Made by a program: the position numbers and the translations under genes. Of a stretch of DNA of 64,000 nucleotides, positions 1 through 8,668 are shown piece by piece. The DNA is taken from positions 3,426 to 67,425 of the forward strand of contig JAQWAE010000006.1 of NCBI GenBank assembly GCA_028707815.1, in the 5' to 3' direction. Position 1 is the first letter of the stretch. Each line of letters opens with the position of its first letter. The notes under the pieces were generated by a model. The model was not told the DNA's origin, did no database searches, and worked only from the letters and a program-made list of their open reading frames with translations. Source of the DNA: Bacteroidales bacterium. GTDB taxonomy: Bacteria > Bacteroidota > Bacteroidia > Bacteroidales > BM520.

Positions 1-709
1 AGTTATAAGGTATTGTCGGGTCGTAAGATTCGGGATATTTTTCGGCATATTTTTTACAAAACACATCGTGGCGTGCCGAGGTCAAGCCGTTGCTTCCCAT
101 GCCGCCGTTATATTCTTTTTCGTAATCAGCTTTACCATAAGAAGCAAAACCTACTATCACATCGCCGGCGGCAATTTTTTCGTTGCTTATGATGTCACTG
201 CGTTTAGCTCTTGCCGTAACTGTCGAATCCACGATTATGGTTCTTACAAGGTCGCCGACATCGGCTGTTTCTCCGCCGGTAGAGTATATATTGACACCAA
301 GAGATCGCAGTTCCTCAAGAAATTCTTCAGTACCATTGATGATGGCGGATATTACATCTCCGGAAATCAGTGCCTTGTTCCTGCCAATAGTCGAAGACAG
401 TAAAATGTTGTCAGTTACACCTATACACATCAAATCGTCAGTGTTCATCACAATTGCGTCTTGCGCTATACCTTTCCATACCGACATATCGCCGGTTTCT
501 TTCCAATAAAGATATGCTAAAGATGATTTTGTGCCGGCACCGTCTGCGTGCATTATATTGCAATATTTGTCATCGCCGCCCAAAATATCAGGCATTATCT
601 TGCAAAAAGCATCAGGAAAAATTCCTTTAAAAACGTTTTTGATAGCGTTGTGTACGTCTTCTTTTGATGATGAAACGCCACGCAATTCATATTTTGTTTT
701 TTCTGTCAT
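1..709 (-). CDS. AIR synthase-related protein (PurM-like phosphoribosylformylglycinamidine cyclo-ligase), N-terminal ~236 codons; gene continues past the left edge
   Basis: Not in the ORF track because it is open at the window edge. Hand translation from ATG at 709-707 gives MTEKTKYELRGVSSSKEDVHNAIKNVFKGIFPDAFCKIMPDILGGDDKYCNIMHADGAGTKSSLAYLYWKETGD..., which I recognise as the conserved N-terminus of Bacteroidota PurM-type AIR synthase. The plus-strand ORFs at 68-905 are antisense shadows of it. Confidence 0.75.
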   Translation of the reverse strand, partial: MTEKTKYELRGVSSSKEDVHNAIKNVFKGIFPDAFCKIMPDILGGDDKYCNIMHADGAGTKSSLAYLYWKETGDMSVWKGIAQDAIVMNTDDLMCIGVTDNILLSSTIGRNKALISGDVISAIINGTEEFLEELRSLGVNIYSTGGETADVGDLVRTIIVDSTVTARAKRSDIISNEKIAAGDVIVGFASYGKADYEKEYNGGMGSNGLTSARHDVFCKKYAEKYPESYDPTIPYN

Positions 710-715
710 AATTTT

Positions 716-3184
716 TTATTCAAAAATAATCATAAAATTAATGTTATCTACAATAACAACGCCAACTTTATCAAGTGTCTTTTTATTTAACAGTAAGTCT
801 GTTTTTAATTTCGAATTAACTGTAACAGGCACATTTTCAATGTGTTTGTTGCCAAAACGTACTAATTTCAATATAATAACCGCCTTGTCTGAAATTTTAC
901 CCTGAGAAATGTATTTAGAAGCATCACCATCAAAGTCGTCAATGCTGATTACACCTTTTTGTAAAAATTCAAAAGCTTTATCCGCTGATATATAAGATGT
1001 TGCAGTTGATGGAGAATATTCAAAAGTCAGAGTATAATCATTAACGATACATTTAGATACTGTTCTGTTGTCTTTAGTTTTGATATAATTTACATAATTC
1101 TGATTTGGGTCTACTACTATGTTGATATATTGGTCTATGTTTGTTATAGAATCGTTTTTGGTAGTATATCCCTGTGGCACAAAATCCTTACTTATAATAG
1201 AGAACTCAGAACGTCTATTTAGCTGGTTAGCAGCGTCTTTTGCAATCTGATTCGGCAAATTGTTGATGTAATCTTCCGTCAAGACAGTACCTTTCGGAAA
1301 ATAATAATCGGCAGTTTTATAATCTTTTTGAAGAGTTCGCGGGACACGTTCGCCATAGCCTTTAGCAACTAAGCGTTTGGCATTTATACCACGGTCAATC
1401 AGGTAATTAACGACAGACTCAGCACGTTTTTGTGATAAAATATCATTACTTTCAACAGTACCGACCATATCGGTATGAGAAGCGAGTTCAATGATGATAG
1501 TCGGGTTTAAATCCAACGTTTGGATAAGACCTTGCAATGAATCTTGATACTGTGGTTTTAAATCCCATTTAGCGAAGTCGTACAAGATGTCCGGCAACAC
1601 AACAGGCTCATTGGGAATAGGAGAAATCATAAAGTCGCGTATTAAGTTCTGACTTTTTGTTAAGCCCACTGTAGTTTCTTTGCCTGCAACATTAAAATAG
1701 CCATTTTTTTCGACAATGATGTCGTAAGTTGTTTCGCCTTTAATTTGAGATTTTGTAAATTGATATTCACCTTTCGGATTAGTAATAGCCTGTATTGTTT
1801 TTCCGTCGCTGCCTGTAAGTTTCACGGCTACTCCTGCAACGAGTTGTAAACTTTTTTCATCTTTAATAGTTCCGGACAATGTAAATTCGATAGGAGGAAC
1901 AACGAAAGCTAAGATGTCATCACCGCCGCGACCACCTTTTCTGTTAGAAGTAAAGAAGCCGTAGTTTTGTTCAGGGTGAAACAAGATGCCGAAATCATCA
2001 TTGCTGGAGTTTATTGGCGCACCGGCATTAATTGGTGTTGAGGTGGGGACATGAAATTTGTCAAGATATACGTAAAATATGTCCAAGCCGCCAAATCCCG
2101 GGTGACCGTCAGATGCGAAGTACAAAGTTGTATCATTTCTAAAATAAGGGAACATCTCATTACCTTTTGTATTTATTTTGTTGCCTATATTTGTTGGTTT
2201 GCCAAAATCTTCGGTTGTTGAGTTACGCGTAGCGATATAGAGGTCTTTTTTTCCGAGACCGCCTTTTCTGTCGGAAGCAAATACTATTGTCAACTCATCA
2301 TCGGAAATAGCCGGATGTCCGCTTACGCCTGTACTGTCGCCGCCGAGTTCCAACATTTTGGGATCTACCCATGTTTTGCCGTTTCTTCGTGCTACATATA
2401 TTTTGCAACCTACAAATTTGTCCTTGCTGTCTGTACAATATGTAAAATATAACTTGTTGGCTTTAAAGTTAGTAGCCGCAGCACCTTCATTAGCCGTGGT
2501 GTTTATTATCTTTTCTTCGTCTATCAGCACCGGCTCACTCCATTTCTCTCCTTTTACATCAATAGCTGTAACATACAAATCGCTGAATTTCTGTCCTGTC
2601 CATTCATCATTTTGTTTACCCGTTGCTGATTCACGACACGAAGTGAAAATAATCGAGGTATATGACTGGTCACTCCATGTAGGACAAAAATCATCATATT
2701 TTGAATTAATGCTTTTTATTCTTGATACTTCACAGTTATCAGGATTGGCATTCAACTCTACAAGCAAGTCGCAGGATTCCAGTCCCGCAAGCGCCAACGG
2801 ATCATTTGGACATAAATCTAAATACTTTTGATATTGGGTTTTGGCATCTTCATACTTTTCATTATATCTTAACGCATCACCATATTTCAATATAACAGTA
2901 GAATCTCTTTTGTCATATTTCATCTTTATCGCATTTTTATATTGCGATTCAGCATTCTTAGTCTTGTTAGTCATGCAATAACAGTCGCCAAGTCGTGAAG
3001 CTATTCTGGCACGCTCAGCTTTGTTCTTTTTAGCTTTTGAGTACGCTTTCTTATATTTGTTAATTGCTGATGTATAGTACCCTGATTCGTATAACTTGTC
3101 AGCTGCTATGCTGTGTTTTCCCTGCGAAAATGCTAAAGATGATACAAATAGCAGTATTAATAATAAGCTGATCTTCTTGTTCAT
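716..3184 (-). CDS. OmpA-family outer membrane protein with TPR, TolB/PD40-like beta-propeller, CarboxypepD_reg-like and OmpA_C domains plus an extra ~140-aa C-terminal domain
   Basis: Signal peptide MNKKISLLLILLFVSSLAFSQ (ATG 3184 preferred over 3208). TPR-like N-terminus. Repeated 'FASDR/FTSNRKGG.GG.D' PD40 motifs. OmpA_C motif ELASHTDMVG...SQKRAESVVNYL...NRRSEFSI. Confidence 0.8.
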   Translation of the reverse strand: MNKKISLLLILLFVSSLAFSQGKHSIAADKLYESGYYTSAINKYKKAYSKAKKNKAERARIASRLGDCYCMTNKTKNAESQYKNAIKMKYDKRDSTVILKYGDALRYNEKYEDAKTQYQKYLDLCPNDPLALAGLESCDLLVELNANPDNCEVSRIKSINSKYDDFCPTWSDQSYTSIIFTSCRESATGKQNDEWTGQKFSDLYVTAIDVKGEKWSEPVLIDEEKIINTTANEGAAATNFKANKLYFTYCTDSKDKFVGCKIYVARRNGKTWVDPKMLELGGDSTGVSGHPAISDDELTIVFASDRKGGLGKKDLYIATRNSTTEDFGKPTNIGNKINTKGNEMFPYFRNDTTLYFASDGHPGFGGLDIFYVYLDKFHVPTSTPINAGAPINSSNDDFGILFHPEQNYGFFTSNRKGGRGGDDILAFVVPPIEFTLSGTIKDEKSLQLVAGVAVKLTGSDGKTIQAITNPKGEYQFTKSQIKGETTYDIIVEKNGYFNVAGKETTVGLTKSQNLIRDFMISPIPNEPVVLPDILYDFAKWDLKPQYQDSLQGLIQTLDLNPTIIIELASHTDMVGTVESNDILSQKRAESVVNYLIDRGINAKRLVAKGYGERVPRTLQKDYKTADYYFPKGTVLTEDYINNLPNQIAKDAANQLNRRSEFSIISKDFVPQGYTTKNDSITNIDQYINIVVDPNQNYVNYIKTKDNRTVSKCIVNDYTLTFEYSPSTATSYISADKAFEFLQKGVISIDDFDGDASKYISQGKISDKAVIILKLVRFGNKHIENVPVTVNSKLKTDLLLNKKTLDKVGVVIVDNINFMIIFE

Positions 3185-3280
3185 TATAATCGAAATTTTT
3201 AAATGCAAATATAATCGCTTTTTTCCAATTATTATGTTAGAAGATATTAAAAAATAAACAGTCGTTTTAAAATACTTTTT

Positions 3281-3288
3281 TATCTTTG
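3281..3288 (+). promoter_or_regulatory. Bacteroidota -7 promoter box TATCTTTG
   Basis: Exact match to the TAnnTTTG consensus, 30 nt upstream of ATG 3318. Confidence 0.5.
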
Positions 3289-3317
3289 CATTTCAAAATT
3301 TATCAGCGTAAAATTCA

Positions 3318-3875
3318 ATGAATTATAAAAATATAATGTTGTGTGTCTTGTCTGTGATATGTATTTCATTAACATGTAATGCAAAACCATCACAAAATAA
3401 CAACAATTTGAAAGTAACAATATTGTCTTTGTTTAGCGGCTCAACTAAACTCACTTATGAGCGATTGATAGTTCAGAAACAAAGTTTAGAAATAACAGGT
3501 GGCATTATAGGTGCCGGCATGGACATCTTAAACCATAACGGGGCTAAAGGTGCTTTATGCAGATTAGCGTATAAATTTATTTTTAAAGAAGAACAGCAGT
3601 CTCCTCTTGATGGCTTTTATGTCAAACCGGAGTTTGCATTTTCTTCGTATTCTTACAAATATGAAGAAGAACGTTTATCGGTAAACAGATTAGCTGTTAT
3701 GGGCTGTACCGGATATCAGATTGTGAAAAATTGGTTTGTGTTTGATATATTTGCCGGTATGGGCTTTGGTGTCGGCGATGCAAATAAAAGTAATTATCAC
3801 CATGGTTATATAGGTTTTAATTCATCTTCACCTTTTGCATTTACCGCCGGTTTTAAACTTGGAGTAGTTTTCTGA
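3318..3875 (+). CDS. small outer-membrane beta-barrel-like protein (hypothetical)
   Basis: Signal peptide, alternating hydrophobic/aromatic pattern, C-terminal aromatic residue (..GFKLGVVF). Confidence 0.5.
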   Translation: MNYKNIMLCVLSVICISLTCNAKPSQNNNNLKVTILSLFSGSTKLTYERLIVQKQSLEITGGIIGAGMDILNHNGAKGALCRLAYKFIFKEEQQSPLDGFYVKPEFAFSSYSYKYEEERLSVNRLAVMGCTGYQIVKNWFVFDIFAGMGFGVGDANKSNYHHGYIGFNSSSPFAFTAGFKLGVVF

Positions 3876-3913
3876 TTTAATAATATTTTACCTATATCAG
3901 CATTTATTTTATC

Positions 3914-4999
3914 ATGAATGACCATACAAAATTTTCTGTTGCAATTATAGGTTTTGGTAGAATGGGCGAACTGTTTTATGACGAACTGAAAGCCGCTCCC
4001 GAAACATGGAATATCTTGTATATTTGCGACAGTAATGCTGAAACAAGAGAGTATGCAAAAAACTTGTCTCCCAATTCTATAGTAATTGCTGATGATACTG
4101 CCGTTTTTGAAGATGAAAGAGTCGATGTTGTCATTTTAACAGCTTTAGCAGATTCAAGAAAAGATAGAATTGATAGAGCTTTAAAGTCTAATAAACACGT
4201 CATTAGCGAAAAACCAATATCCGACACTGTGGAAAAAGAGTGGCAAATTGTCGATGAAGTCGAAAACTCTTGTTCTATGGTTGCTGTGAACCTGCCGTTG
4301 AGAAACGCATGGCATAATATCGCTATTAAGAATTTTATAAATAGCGGAGAAATTGGCGACTTGGCTATAATCAGGGTTTGCAGTATGACACCCGGCTTAG
4401 CTCCCGGAGAAGGTCATCTGCCGGAAGGTCCGGCTTTCCACGACTGTGGTATGCACTATGTCGATATAGCAAAATGGTTCGCCGACAGCGACTATCATTC
4501 ATGGCACGCTCAAGCCGTCAGAATGTGGAATTATAAAGAACCGTGGTGGCTGCAATGTCACGGAACTTTCGAAAACGGCGTAGTCTTCGACATCACACAA
4601 GGACATGTTTATGGACAACTTGCTAAAGATCTAATTCATAATTCATATATCGATATCATCGGTACTAAAGGTATAGCTCGTATATCACACGATTATCATG
4701 ATGCTGTTGTAGAATTACATGGCGTTAATCATACCGAAATTATTAAACGCAAATACGGCGACAAAAATATTGATGTCCTTTGTGATTTGTTCGCCCAATC
4801 ATTAAAAACAGGTATTATGGATAAACGACTGCCCACAGTAAGAGATGCTGCCATAGGCTCACTTTACGCTTGGAAATTCTTAGAAGATGCCAAAAATAAT
4901 GTGTTGCCTTCAATAGGAAGTTTATCTACATTAGAAGAAATAAAATTGAGACGCAGCCATCTGAAAAACGGATATGGCATATCAAGAAGAAAAAAATAA
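3914..4999 (+). CDS. Gfo/Idh/MocA family NAD(P)-dependent oxidoreductase
   Basis: N-terminal Rossmann motif VAIIGFGRMG and EKP motif (VISEKPIS). Confidence 0.75.
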   Translation: MNDHTKFSVAIIGFGRMGELFYDELKAAPETWNILYICDSNAETREYAKNLSPNSIVIADDTAVFEDERVDVVILTALADSRKDRIDRALKSNKHVISEKPISDTVEKEWQIVDEVENSCSMVAVNLPLRNAWHNIAIKNFINSGEIGDLAIIRVCSMTPGLAPGEGHLPEGPAFHDCGMHYVDIAKWFADSDYHSWHAQAVRMWNYKEPWWLQCHGTFENGVVFDITQGHVYGQLAKDLIHNSYIDIIGTKGIARISHDYHDAVVELHGVNHTEIIKRKYGDKNIDVLCDLFAQSLKTGIMDKRLPTVRDAAIGSLYAWKFLEDAKNNVLPSIGSLSTLEEIKLRRSHLKNGYGISRRKK

Positions 5000-5033
5000 T
5001 TTAACTTTTTTTGTTTTTAACGAAAAAATATTT

Positions 5034-5041
5034 TACTTTTG
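5034..5041 (+). promoter_or_regulatory. -7 promoter box TACTTTTG
   Basis: TAnnTTTG match 43 nt upstream of ATG 5084. Confidence 0.45.
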
Positions 5042-5083
5042 TAACTTCAAAATTGAATTATTAATCTGCTAAAAACTTAAATT

Positions 5084-5674
5084 ATGGCATTAAAATTAAA
5101 CTCCGAAATCAAAGATCAGGCTCTTGCAACTCTACAAGACAATTGGAAACAACCTGTGTTGGCTATGTTATTGTATATGGTAATATGCTCTGTCGCAGCT
5201 ATACCGTATGCAAGTATAGCCGTAAGTATTTTTCTGATTCTACCTATTGAATACAGCTTAGTCGTATCTTATCTTGACTTCTTCCGTGGAGATAAAGAGG
5301 ATATGGTAGGCAAATTATTTAATTGCTTCAGAAATTATGGCAGAATACTTGGCATTTCTTTGTTGAGAACTGTATATATATTGTTATGGAGTTTGCTGCT
5401 TATCATCCCCGGCATAATAAAAACTTATTCTTATGCTATGACATATTTTATCTCTATCGACCATCCTGAATATACTGCTGAAGAAGCTATTACAAGCAGC
5501 ATGGCTATGATGGACGGCAATAAGATGAAATTGTTTATGCTCGATTTGAGCTTTATTGGCTGGTTCTTGTTGTGTCTCTTAACTTTAGGCATCGGCTTTT
5601 TGTGGCTCTATCCTTATATTTATACTGCTCACGCTGCGTTTTATGAAGATTTGAAAGCTAATGCGGTGTTGTAA
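5084..5674 (+). CDS. DUF975-family integral membrane protein
   Basis: About 4 TM segments. The N-terminal ..ALATLQDNWKQPVLAML.. pattern is typical of DUF975. Confidence 0.6.
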   Translation: MALKLNSEIKDQALATLQDNWKQPVLAMLLYMVICSVAAIPYASIAVSIFLILPIEYSLVVSYLDFFRGDKEDMVGKLFNCFRNYGRILGISLLRTVYILLWSLLLIIPGIIKTYSYAMTYFISIDHPEYTAEEAITSSMAMMDGNKMKLFMLDLSFIGWFLLCLLTLGIGFLWLYPYIYTAHAAFYEDLKANAVL

Positions 5675-5733
5675 CCGTTTAATGTTTAGTTGTTAGAATG
5701 TCTGTCAAAGTTGCTATTAACACAACCTCAAAT

Positions 5734-5768
5734 AAAAAAAAAGCTGACCAACCCGATCAGCTTTTTTT
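5734..5768. terminator. bidirectional intrinsic terminator between convergent genes
   Basis: Stem AAGCTGA/TCAGCTT (5741-5747 / 5757-5763) with a 9-nt loop, flanked by an A-run on the left and a T-run on the right. Confidence 0.7.
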
Positions 5769-5786
5769 ATTTGATGTTAACTATAG

Positions 5787-6332
5787 TTATTTAACTTCGA
5801 CTACATGTTCGCCGCCTGTTTTTATAGCATCTTCGTTAAGCGGTAACAAGTTGTGGTGACGGGCAGGGATAGATTTCGCTAAACCTTTCATCACATTCTC
5901 CAATTTTACCACCGGACGAACTTTAAGATATGCACCAAGAACTATCATATTGAATATCTTGACATTACCCATATTTGCTGCTATTTCGGTAGCATCAATT
6001 TTGTATATTTTAATATCTTTTCTTGTTGGAGCTTTTGTTATACCATTAGGGTCGTACAGTAAAATACCGCCCGGTTTTACTTGAGCTTCAAATTTATCCA
6101 TTGAAGGTTGGTTAAGAACGATAGCTGTGTCGAATTGGTGCAGAATAGGTGAGCTGATTTGTTTATCGCTGACTATAACTGTCACATTAGCTGTGCCGCC
6201 TCTCATTTCAGGTCCGTAAGAAGGCATCCAGCATACTTCGAGGTCTTGCATGATACCGGAATAGGCAATAATTTTACCCATTGACAAAACACCTTGTCCG
6301 CCAAAACCGGCTATAATTATTTCTTCTGTCAT
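5787..6332 (-). CDS. 2-oxoacid:ferredoxin oxidoreductase, gamma subunit
   Basis: IIAGFGGQGVLSMGKI.. N-terminus is typical of the gamma subunit. Last gene of a four-gene OFOR operon. Confidence 0.85.
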   Translation of the reverse strand: MTEEIIIAGFGGQGVLSMGKIIAYSGIMQDLEVCWMPSYGPEMRGGTANVTVIVSDKQISSPILHQFDTAIVLNQPSMDKFEAQVKPGGILLYDPNGITKAPTRKDIKIYKIDATEIAANMGNVKIFNMIVLGAYLKVRPVVKLENVMKGLAKSIPARHHNLLPLNEDAIKTGGEHVVEVK

Positions 6333-6352
6333 AATTTTAAAATTTTTCCGGA

Positions 6353-7165
6353 TTAATCTTTAATATATTGTTCATAATCAGCAGGATTATCTCTTGTTGA
6401 ATCTTTTAAATCTCCCAACGGATAGAATTTAAACATGTGGTCTTCCATCCATTTGTTAGCTTTAACAGGGTCAACTTTCCAGCCCGAGTTACAAGTAGAT
6501 ACTACTTCAATAAAAGAAGTACCTTTCTTATCTCTCTGGTTTTCAAAAGCTTTTCTGATAGCTTTTTTAGTTTTTCTGACTGCTGCTGCTGTTTCTACAG
6601 ACTGACGAGTTACATAACATGTACCCGGCAGTTGAGCGATGAGTTCGGTTATCTTCATCGGGTAACCATTTCTGTCAACATCACGACCGTAAGGAGTAGT
6701 AGCTGTCTTCATACCTACAAGGGTAGTAGGAGCCATTTGTCCGCCTGTCATACCGTAAATAGCATTGTTAACAAAGATGCAAACTATATGTTCGCCTCTG
6801 TTGCAGGCATGTAATATCTCGGCTGCGCCTATAGATGCAAGGTCGCCATCGCCCTGATATGTGAATACATACTTATCTGGAAGTAAACGTTTGATAGCAG
6901 TAGCAACCGCCGGAGCGCGACCGTGTGCTGCTTCTTGAAAATCTACATTCAAGTAGTTATATGCAAATACGGAGCATCCTACAGGAGATACGCCTATAGT
7001 CTGGTCCTGAATGCCCATCTCTTCAATAACTTCAGCAATAAGTTTATGAGTTACACCGTGGCTGCAACCCGGACAATAGTGCATAACTTTGTCTAAAAGT
7101 ATACTCGATTTTTTATATACGATATTTTCTTCTTTGATAATATCTTTGATGTCAATGTCTGCCAT
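6353..7165 (-). CDS. 2-oxoacid:ferredoxin oxidoreductase, beta (TPP-binding) subunit
   Basis: CPGCSHG cysteine motif and GDGD TPP-binding motif (YQGDGDLASIG). Confidence 0.85.
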   Translation of the reverse strand: MADIDIKDIIKEENIVYKKSSILLDKVMHYCPGCSHGVTHKLIAEVIEEMGIQDQTIGVSPVGCSVFAYNYLNVDFQEAAHGRAPAVATAIKRLLPDKYVFTYQGDGDLASIGAAEILHACNRGEHIVCIFVNNAIYGMTGGQMAPTTLVGMKTATTPYGRDVDRNGYPMKITELIAQLPGTCYVTRQSVETAAAVRKTKKAIRKAFENQRDKKGTSFIEVVSTCNSGWKVDPVKANKWMEDHMFKFYPLGDLKDSTRDNPADYEQYIKD

Positions 7166-7166
7166 A

Positions 7167-8243
7167 TTATTTGCCTCCTATTAATTTAGATTCTAATGCA
7201 ACAACAATTTCATCCGGTGAAGGAATTATACCACCGTTACGACCTGCCCATTCTACAGGAACTTTACATTCCACAGCAAGTTTAACGTCTTCAATCATTT
7301 GTCCGGCATTCATCTCGACTGACAGTATGCCTTTCATCTTGGTTCCTAATTGATATAGTTGTTTTGATGGGAAAGGATATAGTGTTATCGGGCGGAAAAG
7401 ACCTACTTTAATGCCTTTTTCTCTTGCCAACTCTATGGATTTTTTACAGATACGTGAAGCTGAGCCGAAAGCGACAAACAGATATTCTGCATCTTCGGTC
7501 ATATATTCTTCATATCTTGCTTCTTTTTGCATATCTTCATATTTCTTTTGGAGATGAAGGTTGCGTTGTTCCATAATTGCCGAGTCAAGCTCTAAAGAGG
7601 TGATGTAGTTGTGTTGTTTACTTCCCAAAGTACACCAATCGCCGCATTCTTTTCTGATTTCTTCTTCTGTACGGCGGGGAACGAAGTCGCTAAGATATAC
7701 TTTTTCCATCATCTGACCGATAGCTCCGTCTGATAATATGACTACAGGAGTACGATATTTAAAAGCTAAATCGAAGGCTAATGTCACAAAGTCGTTCATT
7801 TCCTGTACCGAGTTAGGTGCGAGTGCTATAACATGGTAGTCGCCATGTCCGCCGCCTTTAGTAACTTGGAAATAGTCGGCTTGTGACGGCTGGATAGTAC
7901 CTAAACCGGGACCTCCACGTACCACATTAACGACCACGCAGGGAAGTTCTGCACCTGCTATATAAGACAAGCCTTCTTGCATCAAACTATAGCCAGGACT
8001 TGATGATGATGTCATGACTTTTTTACCGCAAGCAGCACCACCATAAACCATGTTTATAGAGGCGACCTCACTTTCAGCTTGAAGAACTACCATGCCGGTT
8101 TCTTCCCACGGCTTACGTATCATGAGGGTTTCCATAACTTCGGACTGAGGGGTTATAGGATAACCAAAATAGCCGTCAACACCTGCACGTATCGCAGCTT
8201 CAGCTATTACCTCGTTTCCTTTCATTAATCTTAATTCTCCCAT
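7167..8243 (-). CDS. 2-oxoacid:ferredoxin oxidoreductase, alpha subunit
   Basis: MKGNEVIAEAAIRAGVDGYFGYPITPQSE.. is the canonical alpha N-terminus. There is a 1-nt gap to beta. Confidence 0.85.
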   Translation of the reverse strand: MGELRLMKGNEVIAEAAIRAGVDGYFGYPITPQSEVMETLMIRKPWEETGMVVLQAESEVASINMVYGGAACGKKVMTSSSSPGYSLMQEGLSYIAGAELPCVVVNVVRGGPGLGTIQPSQADYFQVTKGGGHGDYHVIALAPNSVQEMNDFVTLAFDLAFKYRTPVVILSDGAIGQMMEKVYLSDFVPRRTEEEIRKECGDWCTLGSKQHNYITSLELDSAIMEQRNLHLQKKYEDMQKEARYEEYMTEDAEYLFVAFGSASRICKKSIELAREKGIKVGLFRPITLYPFPSKQLYQLGTKMKGILSVEMNAGQMIEDVKLAVECKVPVEWAGRNGGIIPSPDEIVVALESKLIGGK

Positions 8244-8270
8244 TATAGATTTTTTTTAAATTGTTTAATA

Positions 8271-8495
8271 CTAAATTTTAACCTTATATACGGTGATTAC
8301 ACTGTCCGGACATACTGTCCCACATGATGCACAGCCTACGCACGCATCAGGATTTACCATCTTTACATAATCATAGCCTTTACCATTGACTTCGCCTGAA
8401 TGCCCAAGAACATTTGCAGGACACGCAACTATGCACAAACCACAGCCTTTGCACAACTCTTTGTCAATTACTACAGCTCCTTTAATTTTTGCCAT
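8271..8495 (-). CDS. 2-oxoacid:ferredoxin oxidoreductase, delta subunit (2x[4Fe-4S] ferredoxin)
   Basis: Two CxxCxxCxxxCP motifs: CKGCGLCIVACP and CVGCASCGTVCP. Confidence 0.85.
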   Translation of the reverse strand: MAKIKGAVVIDKELCKGCGLCIVACPANVLGHSGEVNGKGYDYVKMVNPDACVGCASCGTVCPDSVITVYKVKI

Positions 8496-8539
8496 ATCTA
8501 TATTTTTTAAGTTAATAAATGCCTGTTTTTTTAAAACGG

Positions 8540-8547
8540 CAAAATTA
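8540..8547 (-). promoter_or_regulatory. -7 promoter box (TAATTTTG on the minus strand) for the OFOR operon
   Basis: CAAAATTA on the plus strand, 45 nt upstream of the delta-subunit ATG (8495). Confidence 0.45.
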
Positions 8548-8668
8548 GAAAATATTTATCTAATTTGCAAATGCCTTTCATGTTATTTTTTTCTTATTTC
8601 ACCATTATCTTTACTTAAAAAGATAAAAAATTGTAATGCAATAAGTTACACTATTCATATCTGAAACA

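Noticed and set aside
68-905. Three plus-strand ORFs (111, 108, 124 aa) at the left edge.
   Set aside because: They lie antisense to a much better minus-strand reading frame (PurM-like, 1-709) and to the 3' end of the OmpA-family gene. Their sequences are low-complexity and carry no motifs.
8573-8582. 10-bp palindrome ATTTGCAAAT upstream of the OFOR operon, similar to the AATTTGCAAATT palindrome at 56656.
   Set aside because: TTTG/CAAA is the core of the Bacteroidota -7 box, so back-to-back occurrences generate such palindromes by chance in divergent or AT-rich promoter regions. Evidence for a shared operator is insufficient.
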